DNA of 64,000 nt from Dehalococcoidia bacterium (GCA_965216425.1 CBDCFV010000006.1:857070-921069), one strand, 5' to 3'. Positions 26,666 to 35,622 are shown, numbered from the stretch's first letter. The notes: generated from the letters alone by a model not told the origin. Translations and numbers: made by a program.

Positions 26666-27487
26666 TCAGTTTTTTATAAGCATCCCCGGTTGGCACTTTC
26701 GGCAGTAACTGGTCATCCGTTGATTGGCGTTAAGCTGCGTGATGTTGCCGCCGCACTTGGGACACGGTTGGCCCCCCTTGGCGTGCACTTTCAGGAAGTC
26801 CCTAATCTTCACGTGTATCTGTTCGCCCATGCGGCCCCGCAATATCTCTATCGCATCTTCAACCACAGCGCGGGATTGCTCGTGAAGCCGGGCTAATTCC
26901 TCCCTGCTCAGTGAGCGTGCCTTGCGGAAAGGAGAGATGCCGGCGGCGAAAAGAATTTCGTCGGAGTAGGCGTTGCCGATACCGGCTATGAATGCCCCTC
27001 TGGTAAGCACTCCTTTGATCTCGCCTTGGAACCTCTTCAGCCGGGCTTGAAACTCATCGAAAGATATGTCCCCCAGAACATCCGCACCTTGGTCTTGCAG
27101 ACGTGACACATCAGCCATTTGGGCTTCAGTAACGTAATAGACCATTCCCATTTGCCGGTCATCCAAGTAACGCAAGTCCGAGCCTTGATCAATCTCAAGA
27201 ACGAATGAAGTCTTCTTCAACACACGTTCCCGCCTGCGGCAATACTGGATAGCGCCCGTGAGCATAGGGTTGATAACCAGCCACCGCTCCCCCGACAACC
27301 GGGTCAACAAGAACTTGCCCCGCCGCTCGAAAGCCCCCAACGTCCGCCCCGGAATGTCGACGGCAAACTCGCCCGCCAAGGACCTCAGGACCGTGGGCCG
27401 CAACACCCGCGCGGCTTCCACTGTCTGCCCTTGGACGTGTTCGTTCAGGTAATCTTTGATAACTTCCAAGTCCGGCGCTTCCGGCAT
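26666..27487 (-). CDS. mutM: Formamidopyrimidine-DNA glycosylase (Fpg/Nei family)
   Basis: N-terminal MPEAPDLE (catalytic Pro2/Glu3), GNAYSDEILF-type H2TH region (IGNAYSDEILFAAGISP), and C-terminal zinc finger CPKCGG....CRKCQ. Start at internal ATG 27487. Confidence 0.85.
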   Translation of the reverse strand: MPEAPDLEVIKDYLNEHVQGQTVEAARVLRPTVLRSLAGEFAVDIPGRTLGAFERRGKFLLTRLSGERWLVINPMLTGAIQYCRRRERVLKKTSFVLEIDQGSDLRYLDDRQMGMVYYVTEAQMADVSRLQDQGADVLGDISFDEFQARLKRFQGEIKGVLTRGAFIAGIGNAYSDEILFAAGISPFRKARSLSREELARLHEQSRAVVEDAIEILRGRMGEQIHVKIRDFLKVHAKGGQPCPKCGGNITQLNANQRMTSYCRKCQPGMLIKN

Positions 27488-27664
27488 ATAGCCCTCCTGC
27501 CGGCTGATATGGGCAAGGCCGACCCCGTTGTCAACCGGTGAACATCGGACAGTATACAGCCCGATATGACAACAAGGCTTTGCGCTACAAGTACGTCCTG
27601 TTGGATAATCTTGGCCAGAGATGGTCAAAGTTCAGACTTATTCGCAGCGCTGAAGAATTAATCC

Positions 27665-28081
27665 ATGACCCAAATGTACCCCATAGAACCATACGAACAG
27701 GACGGCAACGCCGTTGCTGATTACCGCCGACAGTCCACGCTGTTCCTTGCTAGGGCGCGCGAATATCTAGCAGTAGATGACCTGCACCAAGCGGCGGAAA
27801 AAGGCTGTGGCGCCGCCGCCTGGATGGCCAAAGCGGTTGCCAAGGCCCAAGGCTGGCATTACGAAAAACACGACGAGTTTTTCGCCGTGATGTGTCGGAC
27901 TGAGACCCTCTCCGATGACCCTCGTTTGCCGGGTCTGTGGCACGTTGCCAACACACTCCACGGGTTCTTCTACACTCGCAAGACGTTCCTTCGGCCTGAA
28001 TCCATCAGCCAAGGACTTGACCAGATAGAGAACGTGCTGGACATTTTGGAGCCGTTGACCAAGGCAACATTTGACGCTTAG
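27665..28081 (+). CDS. Hypothetical all-alpha protein, PaREP1/HEPN-like (paralog 1)
   Basis: FLARAREYLAVDDLHQAAEKGCGAAAWMAKAVAKAQGW...LHGFFY resembles the remembered PaREP1 (HEPN-superfamily) pattern A.E.L..GD..QA.EK.W.A....K....G......LH..FY. It also contains RLPGLWH (R-x5-H). Confidence 0.4.
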   Translation: MTQMYPIEPYEQDGNAVADYRRQSTLFLARAREYLAVDDLHQAAEKGCGAAAWMAKAVAKAQGWHYEKHDEFFAVMCRTETLSDDPRLPGLWHVANTLHGFFYTRKTFLRPESISQGLDQIENVLDILEPLTKATFDA

Positions 28082-28091
28082 GAACACTCAC

Positions 28092-28517
28092 ATGACTCAA
28101 ACATCCCCAATGGGGCCATACGGGCAAGGCGACAACACCACGACCGACTATCGTCAGCAGTCCAGAGAGTTCCTGGCTAAGGCGCGGGAATATCTAGCCG
28201 TAGACGATCTGCATCAGGCGTCCGAGAAGGGCTGGGGCGCCGCCGCTTGGATGGCCAAGGCCGTTGCCGAAGCCCAAGGCTGGCCATATGAAAGGCATGA
28301 ACAATTTTTCACTGTGATGTACCAAGCCGAGGACTTGACTCACGATACCCGATTGGGTGACCTTTCTCCCATAGCGAACGAACTCCACGGGTACTTTTAC
28401 ACCCGCAAAAGGTTCCTACGCCCCGACGTCATTGGTAGAAGGCTTGACCGAGTCGAGCTTTTGTTGAATATTCTAGAACCGCTGACCAAGTCAGGTCCAG
28501 GAGGTGTCGACAGATAG
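28092..28517 (+). CDS. Hypothetical all-alpha protein, PaREP1/HEPN-like (paralog 2)
   Basis: Aligns without gaps to paralog 1, with about 86 of the first 133 residues identical by hand count. The start is set at ATG 28092 (MTQTSPMGPY), which parallels MTQMYPIEPY of paralog 1. The R-x5-H is replaced by RLGDLSP. Confidence 0.4.
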   Translation: MTQTSPMGPYGQGDNTTTDYRQQSREFLAKAREYLAVDDLHQASEKGWGAAAWMAKAVAEAQGWPYERHEQFFTVMYQAEDLTHDTRLGDLSPIANELHGYFYTRKRFLRPDVIGRRLDRVELLLNILEPLTKSGPGGVDR

Positions 28518-28617
28518 GCCTTGATCGTCAAAAATTGATCGCGGCATGTCCAACGGGTCAAGGAACCGCCTTATGGCCGTGATTCTGGCGGACTTCCCAG
28601 ATTCTTTGAGCGAAAGC

Positions 28618-29886
28618 TTAATCCCGCCCGGCCAGCATACCCTCTTGCGATGCGATCATCTGCCGGTACAACTCCTCCACTTGGGCCAGCACCACAGGAG
28701 TGTCATGCAGTTGCATACTGGCCATGCCGCGCTCGCCCATTGATTCCCAACGGTCGCGGTGGTCCAGCATGAGAAGCATCTTGCGGGCCAGGTCCTCTGC
28801 CGTGGGTTCGAACAAAAACCCGTTGACACCTTCTTCCAATAGCTCCGGCAAAGCGACCGCGTTGGCCACCAGAATGGGCAGTCCGCTGGCCATACCCTCC
28901 ATCACGGCCATGCCCTGCAACTCGGCGGCCCCGGCGCCTATGTATACGTCGCCAACGTTGTACAAACGAGGCAGGTCCTCGTCAGGGACATAGCCCGTGA
29001 AGACCAGCACTCCGTCGAGGCCAAGACGTTTGGCAAGCTCCCGGAACTCGCCTTCATCCTTCCCTCTTCCCACCAATACGGTCTGTACTTGGGTGGAAGC
29101 CGCCGCTTCGGCTGTAGCCTTGATTACCAAGTCGACTTTCTTGTCCTTCTCTAACCGTCCCACCGACAGGAAGGTTGGAATGTCCTGGCGGATGTTGTAT
29201 TTCCGGTAAATAGACTCCGGTGCAGGAACCTTGGAATAACGCCGCAGGTCGATCCCGTTGGAAACAACCTCTGCCGGAGCGGTCAACCCAACGCCCCGCA
29301 TCATTTTCAAGCAGGAGTGGGACGGCGCGAAAACACAGTCCAGCCGGTTGTATACCCTCATCCAGTGCTTCCATGTCACCGCTGATATGACAACCGAGCC
29401 GACAGACCTCAGGGGTTTGGGAATATAGTCAAACAGGTTCCCTGGCATGAAATGGTTGGTTCCCACTACGGGAATGCCTCGTTTCCGGGCCTGTTTCAAG
29501 CACCCTTGGCCGACAACGAAGTGGTTCTGCAGGTGGACGATGTCGGGCCGGGACCGGTCGAAAATGCGGTCTAGCTTGGCGTCGATATTGGCCCACGACG
29601 TTATCCGGAACTCGGGATGCAGCGGTCTGGTGGGAAATGACTTAATGCGATGTACCGTTACTCCGGGACTGGACGGCTCGTCCTGCTCTTCATCACGGTA
29701 GATCATGCTGGGAGCAACCACCGTGACACAATGCCCCCTTCCCGCCAGTCCCTGTACAAACCTGTGGGCCGCCACCGCTGCGCCGTTCAACTGCGGCGGA
29801 TAAGTATCGTTTGCCACCAACACTCTCACTGTTCTTACCCCCTTCTCATCAAGTCGGAAGTAGCCGTTTGGAGTCCGCCGTGACAA
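28618..29886 (-). CDS. Glycosyltransferase family 4 (GT-B, GT1 clan)
   Basis: VRVLVANDTYPPQLNGAAV N-terminus and the C-terminal E-x7-E region (AAELQGMAVMEGMASGLPILVAN). The real start may be a few codons inside. Confidence 0.85.
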   Translation of the reverse strand: MSRRTPNGYFRLDEKGVRTVRVLVANDTYPPQLNGAAVAAHRFVQGLAGRGHCVTVVAPSMIYRDEEQDEPSSPGVTVHRIKSFPTRPLHPEFRITSWANIDAKLDRIFDRSRPDIVHLQNHFVVGQGCLKQARKRGIPVVGTNHFMPGNLFDYIPKPLRSVGSVVISAVTWKHWMRVYNRLDCVFAPSHSCLKMMRGVGLTAPAEVVSNGIDLRRYSKVPAPESIYRKYNIRQDIPTFLSVGRLEKDKKVDLVIKATAEAAASTQVQTVLVGRGKDEGEFRELAKRLGLDGVLVFTGYVPDEDLPRLYNVGDVYIGAGAAELQGMAVMEGMASGLPILVANAVALPELLEEGVNGFLFEPTAEDLARKMLLMLDHRDRWESMGERGMASMQLHDTPVVLAQVEELYRQMIASQEGMLAGRD

Positions 29887-29889
29887 ATC

Positions 29890-30579
29890 TTATCGTTGCA
29901 CCTGGCTCTCCTCGTCGGCGTATTGCCGTATCTTTCGAGTGAATTTTTGGGCGATCCGGTTGTAAATATAGGTCACCAACAGGAAAAGCACGAAGAACCC
30001 GGCCAACCATAAGGCACCGTACCCGAACGCGCGTTGGAGGAACCCATAACCTTGGCCGGAATAGTATCCCAGTGCCGTGAAGAACAATGAGGTCAGGGCG
30101 ACGATTGCGATGTCCCACCAGAAAAAGCGCTTGACCGAGACGCCCAACGCCCCCATTACCGCCAACCCTGGAGGGCTTATGAAAGGAATAGTCTTAATGA
30201 ACAGGAGCCACTTCCCCATGTGATTGGTAATGAGTTCTGATGCCCTTTCACGGCGTTCGACCGGGATTCCGATACGGGTCCCGAATTTGTCCAACACCCA
30301 TTGCCCGCCCCAATGACCTATGTAGTAGTACAGGACGTCCGGAAGGAAGTTGGCGAAAAAAGAAAGTACGAAAACGATGAATATGTTGAAGTGGCCCAAC
30401 GCCGCGCCGAGGGCGCCAATGGAGGTCACCGCCGGCCCTTCTATCAACATGATCAGGAACATCACCAGGTATCCGTTCCTGATGAGCCATTCAAGAATTT
30501 CCGATTCCGCAAAGAAGGTCAAGCGGGTCGTCCTCGCGGGAAGGAAGGGTTTATACAAATATTGTACCCTAACCGTCAC
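29890..30579 (-). CDS. DedA/VTT-family membrane protein
   Basis: Multi-pass membrane protein with GYLVMFLIMLIEGPAVT and FLPDVLYYYIGHWGG motifs typical of DedA. Ends 3 nt before the GT4 start. Confidence 0.8.
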   Translation of the reverse strand: MTVRVQYLYKPFLPARTTRLTFFAESEILEWLIRNGYLVMFLIMLIEGPAVTSIGALGAALGHFNIFIVFVLSFFANFLPDVLYYYIGHWGGQWVLDKFGTRIGIPVERRERASELITNHMGKWLLFIKTIPFISPPGLAVMGALGVSVKRFFWWDIAIVALTSLFFTALGYYSGQGYGFLQRAFGYGALWLAGFFVLFLLVTYIYNRIAQKFTRKIRQYADEESQVQR

Positions 30580-30638
30580 ACATCCCGGCTACCTCGGCGG
30601 ACCGGACCAAGGCAACCACATTTGACGCCTTCGCCCTT

Positions 30639-30663
30639 GTCATTCCCGCGAAGGCGGGAATCC
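30639..30663. repeat. Palindromic dispersed element, inverted-orientation copy
   Basis: GTCATTCCCGCGAAGGCGGGAATCC is the reverse complement of the GGATTCCCGCCTGCGCGGGAATGAC element, with one loop change. Confidence 0.8.
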
Positions 30664-30766
30664 AGAGGCGGATTTTCCTACGGAACGTGGTCAGATTTGG
30701 CGCCCGGTTGCCCGACAGAAATTTCCCTCGCTTTCGCCCAATACTCTATCTTTATCGGAGACACCC

Positions 30767-31192
30767 ATGAGCCTCAACACGTACCTGACCTTCAACGATA
30801 ACTGCCGCCAGGTCTTCGAATTCTACCGCTCGGTATTCGGCGGCGAATTTGACACCATCATCACCTTCCGTGAAGGGCCGCCGGACATAGGCGTGGCCGA
30901 AGCGGAGCAGGACCGCATCATGCATGTGTCGCTGCCCATAGGCTCCAGCATCCTGATGGGTAGCGACAGTTGCTCCGCCTTCGGCCCGCCTCCCGTCACC
31001 GGGAGCAACTTCTCCATATCCTTCTCCGCCGAGACCAGGAACGACGCCGACGACAAGTTCGCCAAGCTTTCCCAAAGCGGTCAAGTAACCATGCCCATCC
31101 AAGACATGTTCTGGGGCGACTACTTCGGCTCCCTCACCGACCAGTTCGGCATAAACTGGCAGGTTAGTTACGCCCCGCCGCAGGGCGGCTGA
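30767..31192 (+). CDS. VOC/glyoxalase-fold protein (PhnB-like)
   Basis: YLTFNDNCRQVFEFYRSVFGGEF...MHVSLPIGSSILMGSD...MFWGDYFGSLTDQFGINWQVSY is the typical PhnB-like pattern. Confidence 0.8.
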   Translation: MSLNTYLTFNDNCRQVFEFYRSVFGGEFDTIITFREGPPDIGVAEAEQDRIMHVSLPIGSSILMGSDSCSAFGPPPVTGSNFSISFSAETRNDADDKFAKLSQSGQVTMPIQDMFWGDYFGSLTDQFGINWQVSYAPPQGG

Positions 31193-31314
31193 TTGAAATC
31201 AATCCGCGGCGGCAGGGGACCTGTTTCCATCACACTCGCCCCGCCCCCCCCAGATTATGAGGCACACTAAGACCCCTGTATAATTCCAGCCAATTCTAAG
31301 CCCGGGAGACGGTA

Positions 31315-32775
31315 ATGGAAGCTTGGGTAGTTCGCAGCGGTAGCAAGGGCGAGGATGTTTCGCATCTGTTCGCGGAGAAATCAGTTGTTGCGATTGGATA
31401 TCTCTCAGAAGACCTGTCCAGGCTTAGCAATCGGGAACAAATAAAAGAGCGACTTCGGGTTGAGTATCCAGAATCGTCAGACGGGACAGTGAATTCTTAT
31501 GCAGGAATTCTCTGGCGATTCTCAAAAGACATCTCGGTGGGGGACTTGATACTTACTCCACCAACAAGGTCGACGGATGTCTGGATAGGACGCTGCCAAG
31601 GGCCGTATGAGTACTTGCCACACGTGATTTCTGATTACTATCCAGACGTGAGGAAGGTGAGTTGGCTGAACAGGGTTTCCAGGTCGGTCCTCTCAGGGCC
31701 TCTCCAAAGCTCAATTAGCAGTGAGTTGACCGTATTCAACGTAACTAAGCACATTAGAGAGATTGAGGGCATAATCAATGGCGATGACAGGTGGAACACG
31801 TTCAATGGAAAAGGGAATCCGACATCTCCAGCGTCTCACGAAGACCCCTGGTCCCAATCCAACATAAACACCCTCGCCCAAGAACTCCTCTGGCCACCCG
31901 AACACCTCCAGGAAATCATCGAAGACCTGCAAGAAAAACGCCAAGTCATCTTCTACGGGCCGCCGGGCACCGGCAAGACCTACGTCGCCCGCGAAATCGC
32001 CCGGCAGTGCAAGCTCAACGGCGGCGACTTTGAAATCGTCCAGTTTCACCCCTCTTATTCATATGAGGACTTCGTACAGGGTTTCCGTCCCAAACTCATA
32101 AACGGTCAGCCTGGGTTTGAGCTTATTGACGGCCCTCTCCGGCGCATCGCCGACAAGGCAAGGAACAACCCGGACGCTACCTTCATCCTGATTATTGACG
32201 AACTCAACCGGGGCAACGTTGCCAAGGTGTTCGGGGAGTTGTACTTCCTGCTGGAGTACCGGGATGAGGAAGTCAGGCTCCAGTACGGTGGCGACGGTGC
32301 GGGGTTCAGCCTGCCCTCCAACCTGTGGTTTATCTGCACCATGAATACGGCTGACCGCTCCATCGCCCTGATGGATGCGGCCTTGCGCCGTCGCTTCTAC
32401 TTTGCGCCCTTCTTCCCCGACGAACCGCCCGTCAAGGGTCTGCTGCACCAATGGCTGGAGCGAGAGGGCCAGGATACTCTGGCCGCCAACTTGGTGGACG
32501 CCGCGAACGGCAAGCTGGAACGGGACATGGGCGTTGGTCCCAGCTACTTCATGCGTGGCGGTCAAACGCTGGACGAAAGCCGCGTGCGTCGCATCTGGGA
32601 GCGGGCGGTAATCCCCTATATCGAGGAACAGTTCTTCGGGGACGCGGACAAGCTCGCCGAGTTTGGGTTTGACAGGCTGAAACGACAACTGGATGGTTCG
32701 GCATCCAACAGTGGGGAATCAACAGGCGAGACTGATCGGGCGCAGGCCACCAATGATGCAACTGACCCTTCGTGA
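31315..32775 (+). CDS. mcrB: McrB-family AAA+ GTPase with a distinct about 180-aa N-terminal domain
   Basis: Walker A VIFYGPPGTGKTY. McrB signatures ILIIDELNRGNVAKVFGELYFLLEYRD and MNTADRSIALMDAALRRRFYF. The N-terminal region (MEAWVVRSGSKGED...VVAIGY...GDLILTP...GPYEY) is a separate module. Confidence 0.85.
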   Translation: MEAWVVRSGSKGEDVSHLFAEKSVVAIGYLSEDLSRLSNREQIKERLRVEYPESSDGTVNSYAGILWRFSKDISVGDLILTPPTRSTDVWIGRCQGPYEYLPHVISDYYPDVRKVSWLNRVSRSVLSGPLQSSISSELTVFNVTKHIREIEGIINGDDRWNTFNGKGNPTSPASHEDPWSQSNINTLAQELLWPPEHLQEIIEDLQEKRQVIFYGPPGTGKTYVAREIARQCKLNGGDFEIVQFHPSYSYEDFVQGFRPKLINGQPGFELIDGPLRRIADKARNNPDATFILIIDELNRGNVAKVFGELYFLLEYRDEEVRLQYGGDGAGFSLPSNLWFICTMNTADRSIALMDAALRRRFYFAPFFPDEPPVKGLLHQWLEREGQDTLAANLVDAANGKLERDMGVGPSYFMRGGQTLDESRVRRIWERAVIPYIEEQFFGDADKLAEFGFDRLKRQLDGSASNSGESTGETDRAQATNDATDPS

Positions 32776-33961
32776 ATACGAACCCAGCCGCGTCAGTGTG
32801 CCGCTCGACATAGAGCGGCGGAAGGTCCTGAACGCCGCCCATATTGAAGTAACTCCCCCAACCGATGAACTGGCGACGTGGGTCCTCCGGCCGTCGTCCT
32901 ACATCGGCACGGTGCGATTGGGCGACTTGTCTGTCATCGTGCGCCCCAAGATTCCCATCGACCGGGTCATGTTCCTGGTGGCCTATGCCATAGACCCCAA
33001 GGACTGGCGTAAGTACCCGTTCGACCTGTCCTCGCACACCGATGTCCTGGAGAGCCTCATCCCGGCCTTCGTGCATCACACCCGCCAAGCCGTCCGGCGC
33101 GGTCTGCTGCAGGGGTACCGGCATGAAGAAGAAGCCCTACACACCGTCAGGGGCCGTATCCGGTTCAACGACCAGATAAACCGCCGTTTCGGCGTCCCGC
33201 TGCCCTTGGAGGTGGCCTTCGACGAGTTCACCGAGGATATCGAGGAGAACCGGCTGCTCAAGACCGCCCTCCACCGGCTGGCCCACCTGCCCGTCAGGTC
33301 ACAACAGGCCCGCCGCGACGTCCATGCCCTGCGCCCCGTCTTCAACACCGTAGAGTTCGGTGCATACCGCCGCGGCGTTCCGGAGGTGCAATACACCCGC
33401 CTCAACAGCCACTACCGTCCCGCGGTGGAACTGGCCCGGCTGATTATCGAAAACTCCAGCTTGGAACTTCTCCACGGGGAAACGACGGGCGCTTCCTTCA
33501 TGCTGGACATGAACCGGGTGTTCGAGCGGTTCCTGTTCGTCGCGCTGAGAGAAGAGTTGGGACTCTCGGAACGCGAATGGCGGCGCGGGCGTCTGCACCT
33601 GGATGAGGCCAACACCATCAAGCTGGAGCCGGATCTCTCATGGTGGAGTGGGAGACGCTACCGGTTCGTGGGCGACGCCAAGTACAAGCGCATCAAATCG
33701 GAAAGTTTCCCCAACGCCGACATCTACCAGATACTTGCCTACTGCGTCGCTGCCGATTTACCGTCCGGGCTCCTCATCTACGCCGCCGGCGAGTTGGAGC
33801 CAACGGAGCCGCGCCGCTACAGAATCAGGCACGCAGACAAGACTATCGAGGTAGCATCCATCGACTTGGAAGGCCAGCCCGATGACATTCTCAAGCAAGC
33901 CGCCCGCTTGGCCGACTGGGTCAAGCAGCACTACTGCCGGAGTGTGTTGGCCCCGGCCTAG
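32753..33961 (+). CDS. mcrC: McrC-family PD-(D/E)xK endonuclease subunit
   Basis: YIGTVRLGDLSVIVRPKI N-terminal pattern. C-terminal nuclease motif LEPDLSWW....FVGDAKYKR. The ATGATG start at 32753 overlaps the mcrB 3' end by 23 nt. Confidence 0.75.
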   Translation: MMQLTLREYEPSRVSVPLDIERRKVLNAAHIEVTPPTDELATWVLRPSSYIGTVRLGDLSVIVRPKIPIDRVMFLVAYAIDPKDWRKYPFDLSSHTDVLESLIPAFVHHTRQAVRRGLLQGYRHEEEALHTVRGRIRFNDQINRRFGVPLPLEVAFDEFTEDIEENRLLKTALHRLAHLPVRSQQARRDVHALRPVFNTVEFGAYRRGVPEVQYTRLNSHYRPAVELARLIIENSSLELLHGETTGASFMLDMNRVFERFLFVALREELGLSEREWRRGRLHLDEANTIKLEPDLSWWSGRRYRFVGDAKYKRIKSESFPNADIYQILAYCVAADLPSGLLIYAAGELEPTEPRRYRIRHADKTIEVASIDLEGQPDDILKQAARLADWVKQHYCRSVLAPA

Positions 33962-34173
33962 CTCACAGGTGGTCCCGGTTGCGGTGACCGCGGTTTCCTC
34001 CGCCATCGAAGTATCCATATCAGGTTCAACCCTGCTATTGCCGCCGCAGCGAACCAGAGGACGCTGCCGATGGTGGGGTTGTGCTGAAGTCCTATACCCA
34101 GCCCAATGTAAAAGACTGCGATCGCCAGCACGAACAACAGTATGTGGACCGTAACCCTTGCCACCCCGCTCAT
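33958..34173 (-). CDS. Small two-TM membrane protein (hypothetical)
   Basis: 71 aa with two hydrophobic helices and a basic C-tail (RWRRKPR). GAGGAG Shine-Dalgarno 8 nt upstream of the ATG. Lies 75 nt downstream of the histidine kinase. Confidence 0.4.
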   Translation of the reverse strand: MSGVARVTVHILLFVLAIAVFYIGLGIGLQHNPTIGSVLWFAAAAIAGLNLIWILRWRRKPRSPQPGPPVS

Positions 34174-34248
34174 AAACGCCTCTCCTCAAGTTGCTGCTTG
34201 GAGCATAGCATTGGGCTGGAGACGGTTCCATACCTGCGATCCGGAACA

Positions 34249-35622
34249 TTAAACGGAAAGGTCTTCTTCTACCGTCGGCAACATAAACGAGACAGTGGTC
34301 CCGCGTCCGTAGTCGCTCTCCGCGGTAATGGAGCCGCGGTGGGCTTCGACCAATTGCTTGGCGATGGTCAGGCCCAAGCCAACTCCACCCGTTGTCCGGG
34401 CGCGGGAAGGGTCCACACGATAGAACCGCTCGAACACCAAGGGCAGCGCTTCGGGTGGGATGCCTTGCCCATCATCTTCCACGCTGAGGGTCACCCCCTT
34501 CGGCCCATTAGCGTGCGTGCGGACGGTTATCGTGCCGCCAGTTTCCGTATGCTGGATGGCGTTTTCGAGCAAGTTCCCAATGACCTGCGCAATGCGGGAG
34601 CGATCAATTGCTACCGGAGGCAGCCCTTCTCCCGCAACGTAAATCAACGTGAGGCCCTTGGCCTCGGCCCTGACCCGGCATCCCTCCACGGCCCGGCGCG
34701 CAACATCGACCAAGGAATCGTGTTGGAGGTCCAAATGTAGGACGCCGCCCTCGGCCTGGGCCAGCAGCCTCAAGTCCTCGACCAGCGTACCCAAGTGCAA
34801 TACCTGCCGGTGAATCGTGTCTATGGTAGCTTCGTCAGGCTCCAGCAAGCCGTCCTTTATCGCCTCCAAGTACCCTTGGACATTGAACAAGGGCGTCCTC
34901 AACTCGTGGGCAACGTCGGCGACAAGGTTCCTCCGGCGTTGTTCAGCCTCTTGCAGACTCTCAGCCATCAGGTTGAAGGAGTCCGCCAACTCCCTGATCT
35001 CTTTGGGGCCAGACGCGGGCGCTCTCTGCGTCAGATCTCCCCGGCCCAGCCGAGTCGCGGCGGATCCCAACGCTTGAAGCGGGGCCAGAAGCTGCCGGGA
35101 GAGCAGAGACATCAGCAGGACCCCGCCGATGCCGGCGGCGATGCCGGTCCACAGCAAGTAGGTGTTTAACGTGGAGACCAAACGGGAGACCGGAGGGTCC
35201 GGAATGGAGGCGGTGGAAGCGGCCGGGGTGATCTCCATGGCCCCGACCTGCTGGTCCCCCAACACCAACGGGGTGTCAGACCGGTCTATATGGCGGCGTC
35301 TTTCGAAGGGGCGGCGCCGGCTATGGGAGTCCCCCACCACGTTACCCTCCCGGTCCCGCACCACTATGCGCCGTCCGAACGCCGGCCCCGTCCTCTCCAA
35401 GATGGGCTGGAGTTCCCGCCACTCCCCGTCATCGCCGTATCCACGGGCAATCAAGCGGCCGATGCGCCGCTGCTGGGCTTGCTCCCGCCGGTGGTCGAAC
35501 CTCTCCGCCTGCCCCTCGGCCGCGTTTGCAACGTAGAAACTGACGCCGCCCAAGGCCAACGCCAGTATCAGGGAGAAGCCAAGTATCAAGCGAAACCGTA
35601 GGCTGAACACCCATCTAAACAT
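34249..35622 (-). CDS. Sensor histidine kinase (TM-sensor-TM-HAMP-HisKA-HATPase)
   Basis: H-box VADVAHELRTPL, N box NLLENAIQHT, G boxes DDGQGI and GGVGLGLTIAK. Confidence 0.9.
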   Translation of the reverse strand: MFRWVFSLRFRLILGFSLILALALGGVSFYVANAAEGQAERFDHRREQAQQRRIGRLIARGYGDDGEWRELQPILERTGPAFGRRIVVRDREGNVVGDSHSRRRPFERRRHIDRSDTPLVLGDQQVGAMEITPAASTASIPDPPVSRLVSTLNTYLLWTGIAAGIGGVLLMSLLSRQLLAPLQALGSAATRLGRGDLTQRAPASGPKEIRELADSFNLMAESLQEAEQRRRNLVADVAHELRTPLFNVQGYLEAIKDGLLEPDEATIDTIHRQVLHLGTLVEDLRLLAQAEGGVLHLDLQHDSLVDVARRAVEGCRVRAEAKGLTLIYVAGEGLPPVAIDRSRIAQVIGNLLENAIQHTETGGTITVRTHANGPKGVTLSVEDDGQGIPPEALPLVFERFYRVDPSRARTTGGVGLGLTIAKQLVEAHRGSITAESDYGRGTTVSFMLPTVEEDLSV

